DNA from: Tubiluchus corallicola
Taxonomy: Eukaryota; Animalia; Priapulida
Direction: 5' to 3'
Length of the DNA: 64,000 nucleotides
Assembly: GCA_030141605.1 (NCBI GenBank)
Contig: JAQGDQ010000075.1
Location: 496,001 to 560,000 of the forward strand
A model generated the notes under the pieces. The model searched no databases. It was not told the origin of the DNA and saw only the letters and a program-made list of their open reading frames with translations. The first letter of the stretch is position 1. Every line of letters begins with the position of its first letter. Made by a program: the position numbers and the translations under genes. Positions 19,290-40,330 of the stretch are shown in pieces.

Positions 19290-20110
19290 TATTATATAAC
19301 AACATGTCAAACGTATTATATAAAATGCTTGAACTAAGAACATTTAGCGAGTGTTGTTTTTCTGGGTCAGTATGCGGGTATTCAACATTTTTGAGTAGGT
19401 ATTAAGGTGGGTTTTAAGAAAAAGCAAGTTAACTATGGTATATGTTATACTAGTTAAATTACTTGTCATATGGTTATTTGTCATGATACCTGGTTACATG
19501 GTACCGGGTTATTTGTCATAATATCATGGTACCTGGTTACATCATGTTGTGCCGTGATTGGATTGTTATGCATCTTTTGGTCAAATATATTATGTAAAAT
19601 GCTAGAAATTCTAATATTTAAGGATTGTTATTTCAATGGGTCAATAGGCAGACTGGAGGAACCAAGTTAACTACGTATAATGTAAAAAAAATATTTTGTT
19701 TTATTTAAATTTTACTTGCATTATAAAAAGTATCATCATCACATCACAGTAGTGATAATTTATTACACCATGACTCGCCGTGATTAGATTGTTATGCATC
19801 ATTTGATTTAGACGTATTATATAAAGTGATTATTATTATATGAGTACGAATATTTAATGACTGTTGATTCCTTGGGTCAATAGCCAGGTTTCTATCAAGA
19901 TATTTAGTTAGTGAGAGGAAGCAAGTTAACTGTACTATATTTTGGTTTAGTTAAAATACTTTTTACATCCTAGTCATCATCATAGCATAGTAGTGACCAT
20001 TTATCGTTACACCATTTGTGGAGTATGATTAGATGTTACACGTCATTTAATCAAATGCACTAAAATGCTATCACTTTATGAGTATTTTGTTTCACTGGGT
20101 CAGAATGCTG
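19290..20110. repeat. Diverged tandem array, ~230-270 bp unit, ~3.3 copies
   Basis: Recurring blocks gtcaaacgtattatataaaatgc (~19306, ~19580, ~19809, ~20050), tgggtca (~19363, ~19637, ~19873, ~20096) and caagttaact (~19425, ~19662, ~19922). Confidence 0.75.
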
Positions 20111-22486
20111 GTTTTGATCATGATTTTTATCTAGTGAGCCGGCAAACAGTCCCAGAACAGTAGGCCTATGTTTTTCGTCAGCTGAACGTTCGGCACTTTC
20201 GGCACTAATATTCCCAGAAAGATAGTTGTGATGGCTCCAGTTATGTTCTAAGAACATTCCCAAGTATATTTCAAGGACATATGTTAGTATTCCGGGAATA
20301 TTCTCAAAACATTACTTTCATTCCCTTATACATTAACGTTACATTTGTTGTTTCCTGTCTAACATTCTATAAACATCCACAGTAGATAAACTCGACGTTT
20401 CAAATCATTTATAATACCGTATTCTTCGTATGCTTCTAATGTTACATTTCTGTTACCAGTATATGCTGTACTTAACTGTCTTAATTTTCCAAGCCAGAAT
20501 CTTGGCACGCTGCTTTTACACTATTGTTCCCTTGGTCACTTATTACACTTTACAGTTATCACTCTCAAATAAGCATGTGAAAATGAAAGGCTTGTATTTG
20601 AAAATACATCACAAGACTTTTTTACAATCTTTTTTTTCATTTACACATTATGTAATTGATGGTTACATCATGCAACTACAGTATTACCAAATGAATCTTG
20701 TAGCAAAAGTCTGTTCACAAGTTATGTAAAGGTATTAATCAACAATTTACATTCAAATGGTATGTAGTCTTTGTTGTTAATCATGAGAATATTAGGCAAG
20801 AGATTCTTGCAACTTTTGTGTCATTACGTTTCCTTCTTCCATTTTACCATGGTAATAAATGCAAATTAAAAAATGTAAATAAAAAATTGGAATAAAAAAA
20901 TAGCAGACAGATTTTACATAGAACTTTTACCAACCAATTGAGTTTTTTTACAGAAGCAAAACGACATTAAACTAAACTAAATTAAGCGGTCGGTACCTCT
21001 GACCTCTGACTAGGTTTAATGTAATAACATTTTCAGAAATCAGAAAATGACTCTATGCTATTTCCACGAGAGTGCGGTAAAGTCTAAACTTACACAATCT
21101 AGATCTAGAAACACATATATAAATGTCAAAACAAACAATACCATAAAGAAACAGAGTGAAAGAACGAGAGACGGAGTTAATTAAGGAAGGGTGGGGAAAG
21201 AAAAATCCCCTTTAAAAGTCTAGCGAAGGCAAAAAAATTAAAAAATAAATAGGTTACCCAAGTAAAATGTTAGTGTTCTAACAAAAATCTTTAAAACATA
21301 TTTACAGACAAAAAAATGTGCAAGGGTTAACTAAAAACGTGTCATTCTTACTTTTAGGTCTTTACCAGATGTAATGTTATCAAGTCTATATAAAGTATTC
21401 GTGCCAATATTAATAGCTGAACTTTTGATGAGAAAATGTAATGAGATCACTCATAAGGTTTGCTCACTCTTCCAGCACTGATGAAAACGCAAAGTGAGCA
21501 ATATTGCATCTCGGCAAGCAAGTTCCTCTCAAGGCAAACAGTGGTCGTTGTTGTTGCGATCTATGCCTGTTGGGGATTAGTGAGCTGGCTAACATAATAC
21601 GCCCATTAGGAGGGTTTTGTTTTGCCTGAGTGTCGATCCTAGTGTTTGGTTGCTGTTTGTACAGTTTAGAACTGCTGGTGAATATAGCCTATTACATATA
21701 TATCAATTATTGCAAAAAATAAAATTATACATTAATGTACATAATTACTCTTGTCGTATCTCATTAATAAAATTCATTATAACATCGTTGTTGTTACCAG
21801 ATGTTAATAAAGATTTTACTACTACTACTACCATTTATCGTTACACGGAGTGACGCTAACCAAGTTTTTGTCGAAGTTTTCAGAGTTGGATGTAACATGT
21901 TTTCTGTCGTTAATTAAAGATTTTATTTATTTGTGTACTTAATTTCAGTTAAAGTACTTGTAATTTCGTATTCATCATTATGCCATGATAGTGATCATAT
22001 TCAATGCATCAGATTGTCCTAAAGCAACAACCTGTTAAGCTACTTTTATGAATATTAATGTATCTCAACATTCCTTTTCTTGACATTTAAATTCTAGTCA
22101 AACGATATAAAATTGACTAACTTTTTCGTTCTCAGCCTTTTATTCGATGACAAGATTTATTAATCTATTGCGAACATATGTGACACCATGGCTAAAGCAT
22201 TTACAACCTAGATGTAGACCTAGTGTACTAATCAGTAAACACGTTCAACACAAAGTAAAGTAACAAGGTTTTGGAACAAAAACCTTCAGAAACATTTAGC
22301 GTTTCTGAGATGTTTGGTGTAAACCCTATTAGAGAAGAAAAAGCATAAAATTTTCTACAAATTGTTTGACACACATAAGAAACATCACGAAAATTGGTGC
22401 AGTATTAAAACTGCGTTGCTACTACATTTCCTTATCTTTTGAAGTTGGAGGAAAGTTCCAGAGTTTTTCGATGTCAAAACGTTCCT

Positions 22487-30576
<8,090 letters not shown>

Positions 30577-31244
30577 TTTACTGACTAACAAATGACGAAT
30601 GAATTTTGAGAAATGTTGATATTAAATGACTTCAAAACAAATCACTTTAAAGCAGATGTTGCGACCACAGTTTGTAGTGTAATTTATTATTAACAGGAGC
30701 ACATCTGAAAAACCAAGTGTCCTCTTAATTGGCTTCATTCACCCTGATGCATTCGTATACTAACGCCATTTCTATTACTAGCGTGAGTGTTGGATTCATC
30801 GCACTAGCCAAATGAACTCACAATCATGCGTCAATAACCTGCTTCTTGCTCAAAAGACAGTTCTACGCATGAGATGATACATAATGCGAAACGCGTCATC
30901 TGGATTGACAGGCTTAGTTAATGAAGCTTTTATAATGAAATGCTGAAAAGAACCGTGCTGTCACAATTATAAAAAAGCAGATTTATTTTTATACACTTAT
31001 ATATTTTATTACACTTAAAATGACATTATACCAGTGAGTCACAAATAATTATCACCACGAGACCCAGGCACAACTTGACCCCTACACTTATGACCCACCA
31101 CCATCATGACAACTTTCATGTGCTGGGGCCGTCTTAATTTTAGTCAGTAGTAAATTACATTTGCAAATTGCTGTTAACCATTTCCTTATGGAGCACGAAT
31201 ATGTACAATTGTTGGTTTGATGTAGGGAAACTTCGTTCTAACCA

Positions 31245-31990
31245 CGTAAATGAAACATGCTACACGTGAACAAGTTTTGCAGCAAAACAGACTTTGCGTT
31301 TCGAATCAGCAATTTGATTCATCATCGGAAGTTCTGAAGAAATATAATTTGATGAAATCTGCATAGACATGCTTAAACATTAAACAGCTATTAGTAAACT
31401 TCACATACATGACAACAATGCAAACTGACGCAAAATTGATCTCAAAATCCAAATTACAAACAACTATTAATAACAGTAAACTTTATTTAAAGGCAACATA
31501 CAAAAAATACACTATACACACAACATATACTAGGCTAGCTGGTTATGGTCTGCACTTTGCAATTTAGGATACATTGCTTTTGTATGTAAAGTTTACTTAC
31601 TAATAGGTATTGTTTACACTGTAAGTTCTTCATTTTGATTCCAAATGCAATGCTAACATTCATGTAAATATTGTCATGTGTTCAAGTTGCTACTAATCGA
31701 AGGCATTGTCAGTGTTTCTTGTAAAAGTTATATTGCAAAAAATGTGATATTATTAGTGCTTTTGGTTTTGCGATTATTTTTTTGTCAATTTGCATTGTAG
31801 TTATGTATGTGAGAGATATTAATAGTTGTATAGGCATGTCTTTGTATATGTCACACTCTCAAATTGTATTTTCCATTTTTTCAAGACCTCTGTTGAAGAA
31901 CCAAGTTGATGATTCGAAACTTCAGATCTAATAAAAAAGCTGTTATGTTGCAAACTTTATTCACGTGCGCCGTGTGCTTCAATTTATGTA
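31245..31990. repeat. Diverged inverted repeat pair (~250 bp arms), each with a degenerate minimal type I hammerhead motif; probable Penelope-like element pseudo-LTR remnants
   Basis: Minus arm gtcagtttgcattgttgtcatgtatgtga..ACTT CCGATGA T GAATC aaattgct GATTC GAAAC GCA AAGT..ttgttcacgtgtagc. Plus arm gtcaatttgcattgtagttatgtatgtga..GACCT CTGTTGA A GAACC aagttgat GATTC GAAAC TTC AGATC taataaa..ttattcacgtgcgcc. Confidence 0.6.
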
Positions 31991-34559
31991 CAATTATAAT
32001 AGGTTTGCAATGTTGTTATAATATTCTAAAATTGTTAATTTTATTTTTAATTTATAAACGGCACACATAAATACAAGTTTTAGTTTTTGAAAAATCAACA
32101 AGAGAAAACATGTGTTTTTTAACAACAGTTGTCCAGAATAATACTTTTCCCTACATCTAAGCCTAAAATCGTGCGAGGAGCTAAAAATGACAAAAAATTG
32201 GTCCCATCGAACCATAGACTTGAAATTGTGAAAATTATTATAATATGAGTAATGAGTAGTCATAAAATTATTTCAATTATGTGAGTACAAGGGATTTTAT
32301 TGCCGCAATCTTACCAAATTGCAGAATCATTAATTTTTATGTTTTCACAAGACGTCCATATTTTTCACTAAAACTGTCACTTTTCGTATCTATGTATAGC
32401 CTTGCGGATAATTTACAAGGTACTTAAATCTGTTCGTGGATTAAGATCTGCTTGCTCTAAATTTGTAGGCAAAACTACTTTGTAGTCAGTACAATTTTAC
32501 AGTATTGACGTTTTGACTGATATAGTTACTAATATAAACCCTGAGTATCGATTTTGTAAAACATAGATACTACAAAACATATTTTATATAAATTATAATA
32601 GCCAAACACGTTGTTTACTCTGTAGCAGTCAATTCGGTAATGTCAAATTTTTGTTCAAAATAACATCACTACCGGCTTCCTAAGCAGAAATGCGGAAAGA
32701 TGCATGCTGAGCTGATGCCAAACTTGGACACTTCCTGGCATTTTTGTTTCAAAAGAAGACAAGATTGAAACAGAATATTAGGAACAACAAAAAGATATGA
32801 CATGGGTTACACAATTGAAAGAAGATGCGCATTTAACACTACTTTACAGAGTTGAAAACTAATCTTCAAAATGTACGTAATATTGTTCCATCAATTCATT
32901 ATCATCGTGTTACTTTTCTTTCACTGTAATTATCTCACTTATTCGTCGCTATTAATTTTTTTTCTAATTTTCTTTATTTAACTTTTTTGTGATTTTATTG
33001 TAAATGTGCGATGTTGTATTTCCTGAAATAATCTTTGGTTTGCAATAAGAAATAACAAATCAAATCAAATCAAATCAAACAACTCCAGTTTGCGTTCTCA
33101 TCTCATAGATATTAACACCGCTAAAGTATGAGTGTAATACAGGGACGTGCTTTATATAAGAAATTAATATGTTTTTGATAAGACATTAACCTCGGTAATG
33201 TAGCATTTGAGGTGCTGAGAGGACAATTTATTCAGGTCTAGGCATCATGTCCTGAACAGACCACCTACGCATTCGCATCGGTGTCACAGGTGTAACGGCC
33301 TAAACGGACAAAGCTAATTAGACAAATCGTGTTTCCTGAAATTGACGTCTTATAAGCTCGTTAGAAACACAACGTCCAATTATTCGCGTCAAAATACGTT
33401 GTTGATAAACTGGATTCAGTCAATAATATCAGTGTTGAAGGTTGTGCGTGCCTTATGCACTTTTCGAGCGAACCACCCTGCTACACGTATGCTAGGCTGT
33501 TAAGTAATGAATCCTTTGAAGCTAAGCAACAGGGTTCCGACTCGTTTAGAGTCATTATAATTACCTGATATTATAATTACCATGCAAATCTTCTGCACTA
33601 ATGAATGCCGTCAGATGAAATCAATTCGAATCTTAAGTGACTTTGTTGCCTATAAAATTTAGAATGTAAGTACGTAAGTATCTTTACTTATCGCATTTTT
33701 ACAGTAAAAACACAGTGCATGAAACAATAATGTGATACAATGTAACAAAATTATTATGATGATTAGTATATTGGAGATATGATGTTAAACTGATGGGTGA
33801 AAAGGTGGCGAAGAACTAAAAGTTATCAAGGTCAAGTAAGTGTTGTACCCTGTAAGTAATGTTGCTATTAGTAATTATTTATGTGCGCTATTGTCAAAAA
33901 GAAACTTTCAGAATTAAGTGTGATAAAAATTTGTGTAAGGAGCCTTACTAAGTTACTTAAGTAAATAAAGCATTGGTTAGTGTACTAAGATGGAACTTAG
34001 GTTTAAATGTAGGTTTAAATTTTAACATACATAATAAGCACATATACACACACATATACATACATAATATATATTAAATTAATATATACACATACTTATG
34101 AAGATAAGTAGACAGAGAGAAAAACCTTACATCTCAGCTTTCATTCACATGATAGTACTGCATACTACACATTTCAAATATGGCATCTAAATTGTCATAA
34201 GACGTCTATCTGCCATAAAATTTTACATTATTATACATATAATATAATTATAATAATATATGATATATAATAATAATATATATATATATATATTATACAT
34301 ACACATATTCATACATACACACACATACGTACATACATATGCATAGTAGAAGGAAAAGACCAAAACTATTAAGACTGACAGGCGATTGGGGTATAGACTC
34401 TCAACACGCAATACAATTTCAAAAGTTAGAAGTGCAATGTTATGCATAAAAATATCGGTATAGCAATCTATAAAAAAATCATTATAAGTTTTCACTGTAA
34501 GTCGGGGTCTAAACTTTCAGCATAGATAATAAGTGAGACTTTGTCATTCATATATTGAC

Positions 34560-35510
34560 AGACAGGTAAAAATGGGACAGTATTGTAATAAATGTAGTTT
34601 CTTAAGTTTAAGTTAATTGGAAAGAAGTAGTATAAGATTTTGTTCCAAAGACTAGTTATATAGAGAAATGTTTGTTTTAATAATTTGAAACAAGATAATT
34701 GAGTGATTTGATTTTGAAATCCTGGAGAGTAGAACGCTAAATTCGTGGGCCTTGGCACTCGAATGAACGTTGAGCTTTGTTTGTATTGAATTTTTTGACA
34801 CTATATGTGCTGCTTCTGCAAAATAAGTTTGGTAGTTATGCAAAGCTGACGGTTCGCTCAAGTATCCATTGAATAGTTTTGGTAGATTATTATTATTAAA
34901 TTTAAACACAAATTCGGCCATTTCTAGGTTATACATATTAGTTATTTTTAAAGTTCTTATCATAATACTGGGTTGCACGGTCCCTGAAACCAGCAAAGTA
35001 GACAGCTTCTACAATTTTGTTTTGAGGTACAACAACATTCTGTACGATAGTTTTGTTGACAGATCCCAAGTAAGTATTCCACATTGTAAGGAAAAACTAG
35101 CCCATAATATATTAATTTTAGAGTTTGCGTATCTAGGTAATGCCGAAGTTTGAAAAATAATCCCGTTTTATTTTACTAATTTTACATGTTATGTGTTTTA
35201 TGTGGGTACTCTAGTTAAGGTTCTTATCGATGAAAATACCCGGATATTTTGTCATTGGATCGACTAATACTTATATTATTAATATTAATTCGAAAATTAT
35301 CTACATCAGAATTTGATTTTCGAATGGAAAAGAGAATAAACTTAGTTTTTTGATAATTTAATGTTTATTTATTTGCTTTTAGCCAAGTATCAATTTCCTT
35401 TAATTGTTGATTAATAGAATTTTGAAGATTATTAATATCAGATCCAGCCACAAATAAGTTAGTATCATCGGTAAACATTCGTGTATCAATCATGTTAGTA
35501 CAATCGGGGA
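34560..35510 (-). mobile_element. Decayed CR1/L2-group LINE, from the RT thumb to the 3' end
   Basis: Minus strand reads MFTDDTNLFVAGSDINNLQNSINQQLKEIDTWLKANK*TLNYQKTKF, then KYPGIFIDKNLN and LKITNMYNLEMAEFVFKFNNNNLPKLFNGY..HNYQT. Multiple stops and frameshifts. Confidence 0.8.
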
Positions 35511-36264
35511 TTACCAGATTCATCATGATCAGATTTTGTTACAGACCAATTTACTGTAGAAAGTTCATCATTGCTAATTCGCCCTGCATCTCTAGCAGTA
35601 GCTAAAAATTGCCTTAAATCTCTAGATAATATTTTACAAAGTGCTTAAGCGACAAATATTTGTTAGCATTAAAAATATACAACAGCTCTTTCTTAACTAT
35701 ATCATCATTGCCAATATTTTACTTATGAATGTAAGTCTAGAAGAGTGAAACCACATAAAATTTCCAACAATGCAATACAAGGTTTATAGGATGAACCAGT
35801 TGCAGTTTTGAGGACATCATAGTACAAGTCATTGAATGATTTCAACTAACCAAACACTAGCGCTGTACAAAATAACATATAGTACAAATGTCTTAAACAG
35901 CTGTATAATAGTTGCCATTCTCATTCCTTTGTATTTAAAACACAGTTGTTTAATTCGTGTACATTTGTACCGTGCACTTTTCCTAACTATACTGGGATGA
36001 CAATCGAATTTCAGATTACTATCAATAGTAATACCCAGTACTGTACTATTTTGAACGTATTCAATTTCATTACAATCAATTTTTAATTGAGGAAAAAATA
36101 TTATCTACTAAGTTTTGCGCGGACCCCATGATCATAACTTCGTTTTGTTCCTATTACGGTTGACTTCCATTTTTTGCACCATAGATGTAACTTACTACAA
36201 CAGATTTGCGCAGTATTACGACATGTATCAGAGTTTACTTTAGATACGTAAAATGTGCCATCGA

Positions 36265-36414
<150 letters not shown>

Positions 36415-37856
36415 TTTGATTTTGATTTAATTCTTTATTTCAAACATAAGTTCATAATATAAATTACATATATACAACATACAACATCATAAAAACAAAA
36501 AACCACTACAAACAAATCACACACAAACTTAGTTAAACATGAAAATTACAATAATAGTCTCCACCATTGCTGTCTTATGTGCGATGTAAATTTGGCATCG
36601 CTTACTAAAATTTTCTGGCACATTAAATTATCACTAGTATCAAATCTTTTCATTAAACTTAACACAGATTTTCTACGTAATACATCAAAATACATCACGT
36701 GAATTTCAACACTCATCTCACGAGCACTGTAATCATATGCATATCCGAAAAATAATCTTTTTGACACATTGTGCGCAATTTTAAGTTTTAAGATATTACC
36801 ATTATTAAAATGTCTCCAAGTAGACATGCAATAGAATGTATTACAGTAAGCATTAAATAGATATCTTTTAACATCAACAGAACAATAGCTGAATTTTCTA
36901 ATAAGTTGGTTTGTACGACAATAGTATAGGGATCTTTGATTAATAATGTCAAGGTCATCTCGGTTATCATTTGAAATAATATGTCCCAAATATTTTTCAT
37001 TATCACAGGTACGTAAAACATTATTATCTAGTTTGATGTTACCAAACATAAAATTTCTCATGATGTTTGAATTAACAGACATAAGTTTAGTTTTAGCTAC
37101 ATTAATTTTTATGTCATACTGTTCAGCATACAATTTATACACGTCTAGTAGTTGCTGTAGGGCCGTAATCGTTGTTGCTAACAAACAAACATCGTCAGCG
37201 TACATCAGGTGGTTCATAACCATGTTCGACACATTGCAACCAAGTTGGGTGGATGAAAGCTTAACACTTAGATCTTTAAAATAAAAATTAAAAAGAAATG
37301 GTGACATCTTGCCACCTTGGCGTACTCCATTTCCAATATTAAAAGTTGTAGACTGACTATGTCCCCACCTGACAGACATGCCTTGCTGCGTGTAATAAAA
37401 TGTGAGCAAGCGGATTACAATATTCGGGATTGAAGTCTTTGTGAGTTTAAGAAAAAGCTTGAAGAAATTAACCCTGTCAAATGCCTTTGATGCGTCGATA
37501 AAAACAATGTGAACAGAGCTATCACGACTAATGTAGTAGTCAATGATCTCCTTTAATGTGTTTATGCAAATTTCAGTGCCAAGTTTTTCTACATAGCCAA
37601 ACTGATTAGGAGTTGTTGGAATATACTGTTTGTATCTGTTAAGTAATAAAATTTCGAATATTTTGCTGGCAATAGAAGCTAGTGCAATTGGCCTATAGTT
37701 ATTTGCATCCGTAATATCTTTATTTTTATCCTTTACTAGAGGAATTAATACAGACATCATTAGCGATTCAGGAAGAAAGCCGTGAATCAAACAGGAGCTA
37801 AACAACAAGGATAAAAGAACCGGTAACATTGAGGAAGAATACTTAAAATACTTAAC

Positions 37857-37858
<2 letters not shown>
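36415..37858 (-). mobile_element. 5'-truncated non-LTR retrotransposon with an uninterrupted RT-domain reading frame (stop at 36546)
   Basis: NYRPIALAS, NQFGY, FIDASKAFDRV, GVRQGGKMSPFLF, HLMYADD, KYLGHII. 3'UTR ends AAATAAAGAATTAAATCAAAATCAAAT. No stops across ~430 codons, so probably young. Flanked by (AG)n on both sides. Confidence 0.93.

Positions 37859-37945
<87 letters not shown>
37859..37945. repeat. (AG)n microsatellite at the 5' truncation point of the LINE
   Basis: Direct read. Confidence 0.95.
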
Positions 37946-37950
<5 letters not shown>

Positions 37951-38569
37951 TTGTAGTTAAGACGCGTTGCTGTGCTACACTTACCTGCGCATGCGCATAG
38001 CGAAACTGTGAAAAGGCTTATTGTTTTATTCAACTTAATTACAGATGTAAAATTCAGCACACTGCAAACCGTCAGATGGAATCCCAAATTCAAAGGCTTG
38101 CTACTCAGTTGGCTGTTTGCGACAAGACCGTAACCTAACTCATTATCTAGGCTAATGCCTTTAAGATGAGCCAGAAAACTGACATAAGTAGCCAGAATCA
38201 GCAGGGGGAAAGAAACCATCCAGTGTATGAATGAAAATGATTCATCCAACCTGTTCTCAGCAAAGTACAGTGATGCGTAGCTAGGCTATGCGTGCTTTGA
38301 CACGTACCTCCAAAACTGCTACCTGTATATTAATTAGTATTAGGCTGTAGAAACTACGAGCTTGTGGTCTGATCAATCTTGGTGGTCGCTTTTGCTTTTT
38401 TCCATATTCTATAGATTTCGTTTGCTCTGGGCAGCAAGGGAAAACATATTATAGTGAAGGAGAGATGAAATCTAAAATGTGTGGCGAAATAACTTGTCTG
38501 TGGGCTTCTTCAACATGGCAAAAACTACAAGGCATGAAGCCACGATTCCCACGAGGAAGCTCAACTCTC

Positions 38570-38848
38570 TACTGCATGGTTTGATAAGCTTTGGGTTTGG
38601 TTTGCAGGGTCGTTAGGGGAACCTTTTTGTAGATTAAATTAATACGGCTTTGACACCAGGATTTGGATGATAAACCCCATTACAAGACTTTTGTAATTGG
38701 AATGGCTAGTACAGATGAGTGCAGGGTAGCTTTTTCAACAACCCATAAGTTTTTTCTGGTCCTGGAGCAGAATTGGAATTTTTAGATTTCAAAACATTTC
38801 AAATGTCTCTTGGTCTTATTGAGTCCAACTGAGTTCTAGTCAAACGGA

Positions 38849-38850
<2 letters not shown>
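38570..38850 (-). mobile_element. Short decayed RT N-terminal fragment, possibly of an R2/NeSL/HERO-type non-LTR element
   Basis: Minus strand, across frameshifts: KSKNSNSAPGPEKTYGLLKKLPCTH..SWCQSRINLIYKK..NDPAN, resembling RT domain 0-1 (SAPGPD..W....LIxKKG..DPxN). Bounded by (AT)n at 38851-38894. Confidence 0.5.
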
Positions 38851-38896
<46 letters not shown>

Positions 38897-39749
38897 CGTG
38901 ATGCTGGAACCACTACAATTCGTTTTTGTCGATCTATGTTTTTTGGAGTATTTACTTGGGTGGTAAACATCAGCACGTTCTTTTGAAAACGAGAAGATCA
39001 GGATATTTTTCATACACGAAACCTCTGACTGCCTTTTTTGAAAAATACAAAGTTCTTACAAAAGAGTTTTCCTTCAAATTTGGTTTTACGGCTATCGCTA
39101 TTTTCTGCGCGTTTTTTAAAAAAAGTTGTAGGCATGCAGATCCAAAAAAATTGGTTTCCCTTTTCTTATAAACTATGTTTGCCAAATGCGCGTTTTCTAA
39201 ATAGATTTTTAAACTTAAGTGTCGATTTAAGTTCTTGAAATAACACCTGTTTTGACCGTCAGTAGATGGCAGCCGGTTGTTCTTCTTGGCACAGTTCTGG
39301 TTTAGAAAGGAAAAAGCAGTGCAGTTGGTTGATGAACAAATCTCCCACTACGCGCGAAATATCGCCTACGGAAAGAAAGTGATGCAAGAGTGGAAATATT
39401 ATGATAAAAATAGTAAAATCATTGCTCAAATCTGTCCTTGATGACTGGCATAGTTGCAGAATTACGAATTTGACAAATAGCACGTTAGTAAATATTAGTT
39501 TAGGTAGGATGGACATTTTTTATGGCATCCGGTTGTATATTTGACTCTTTTTGGTTTCGTCCCGTTTCCGAACAATTAGACCCGTAGTTGTTGTTGTTAA
39601 CTTGTTGTATAATAATTCTAATCGTTTTTTGTTGTTATTGGAAGAAGCCAATTGGTTAGGTAGTGGTCGAAGCGTAGGTGATTGATATAGTTAACAGTAC
39701 AGCAGAGATTTATTTATCGTCTGTCTGTTTCTGGTGCCCTGATCCAGAG

Positions 39750-40330
39750 TTAAGATATTTCCACTAAGAATATGATTATAACTTCTCTTACCGGAGATCA
39801 AAACTTTTATGGCAAAATTTACAGAGCGATAAGAAAGAAGCTATCCGCACAACAGTGACAATCTTAAGATTACTTAGCTGGTGCAACTCATTTTCATCCC
39901 AACCTACAGGAATTATTTCAGTTTTGTTTGGCTGACAATAACTTTCCTCTTACAACATCATTTGTGTAATTCATTACAACAGTCTTGAGCTATTTAGTAA
40001 TATTATTGTGTTGTCCGCCTGCTAATAGCCACTGTGCCGTCATCGGCGTACTTATACACAGTTGTGCATTGTTTACTTTTACTCAAATCAAACATACTAG
40101 CAAGACATACAGTAAATAATAGTTGTGATAATACTTAGTTTTGAGGTACAATATTTAGCCAATATTAATTGCATCTGTAGTTGGGTGGTACATAATCGTC
40201 AATTTTCATGTTCACAATTATATTCTCTAAAAAACTTTTAATGAGTCCAAATATTTTTTTCTTTGACATCAGCTTCCATAAGTTTAGTAAATGCAACATA
40301 CCATTAAGTCCAAACGCCGTCGTGCTGCCG
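39750..40330 (-). mobile_element. Decayed LINE RT fragment
   Basis: VYKYADDGTVAI at ~40025-40059, preceded by KLMEADVKEKIFGLIKSFLENIIVNMKIDD..VPQ. Many stops. Confidence 0.65.

Noticed and set aside
19290-20110. CRISPR-like repeat-spacer array
   Set aside because: Eukaryotic context, units diverged along their whole length, no identical repeats and no cas genes.
30865-30900. gatga..gcgaaacgcgtc, a hammerhead-like string near the cyclase promoter
   Set aside because: CUGA core missing and stems I/II do not pair convincingly.
37859-38249. N-terminal part of the 567-aa ORF as a novel RT fusion protein
   Set aside because: The frame simply runs through (TC)n into unrelated flank from a TTG start; the LINE is 5'-truncated.
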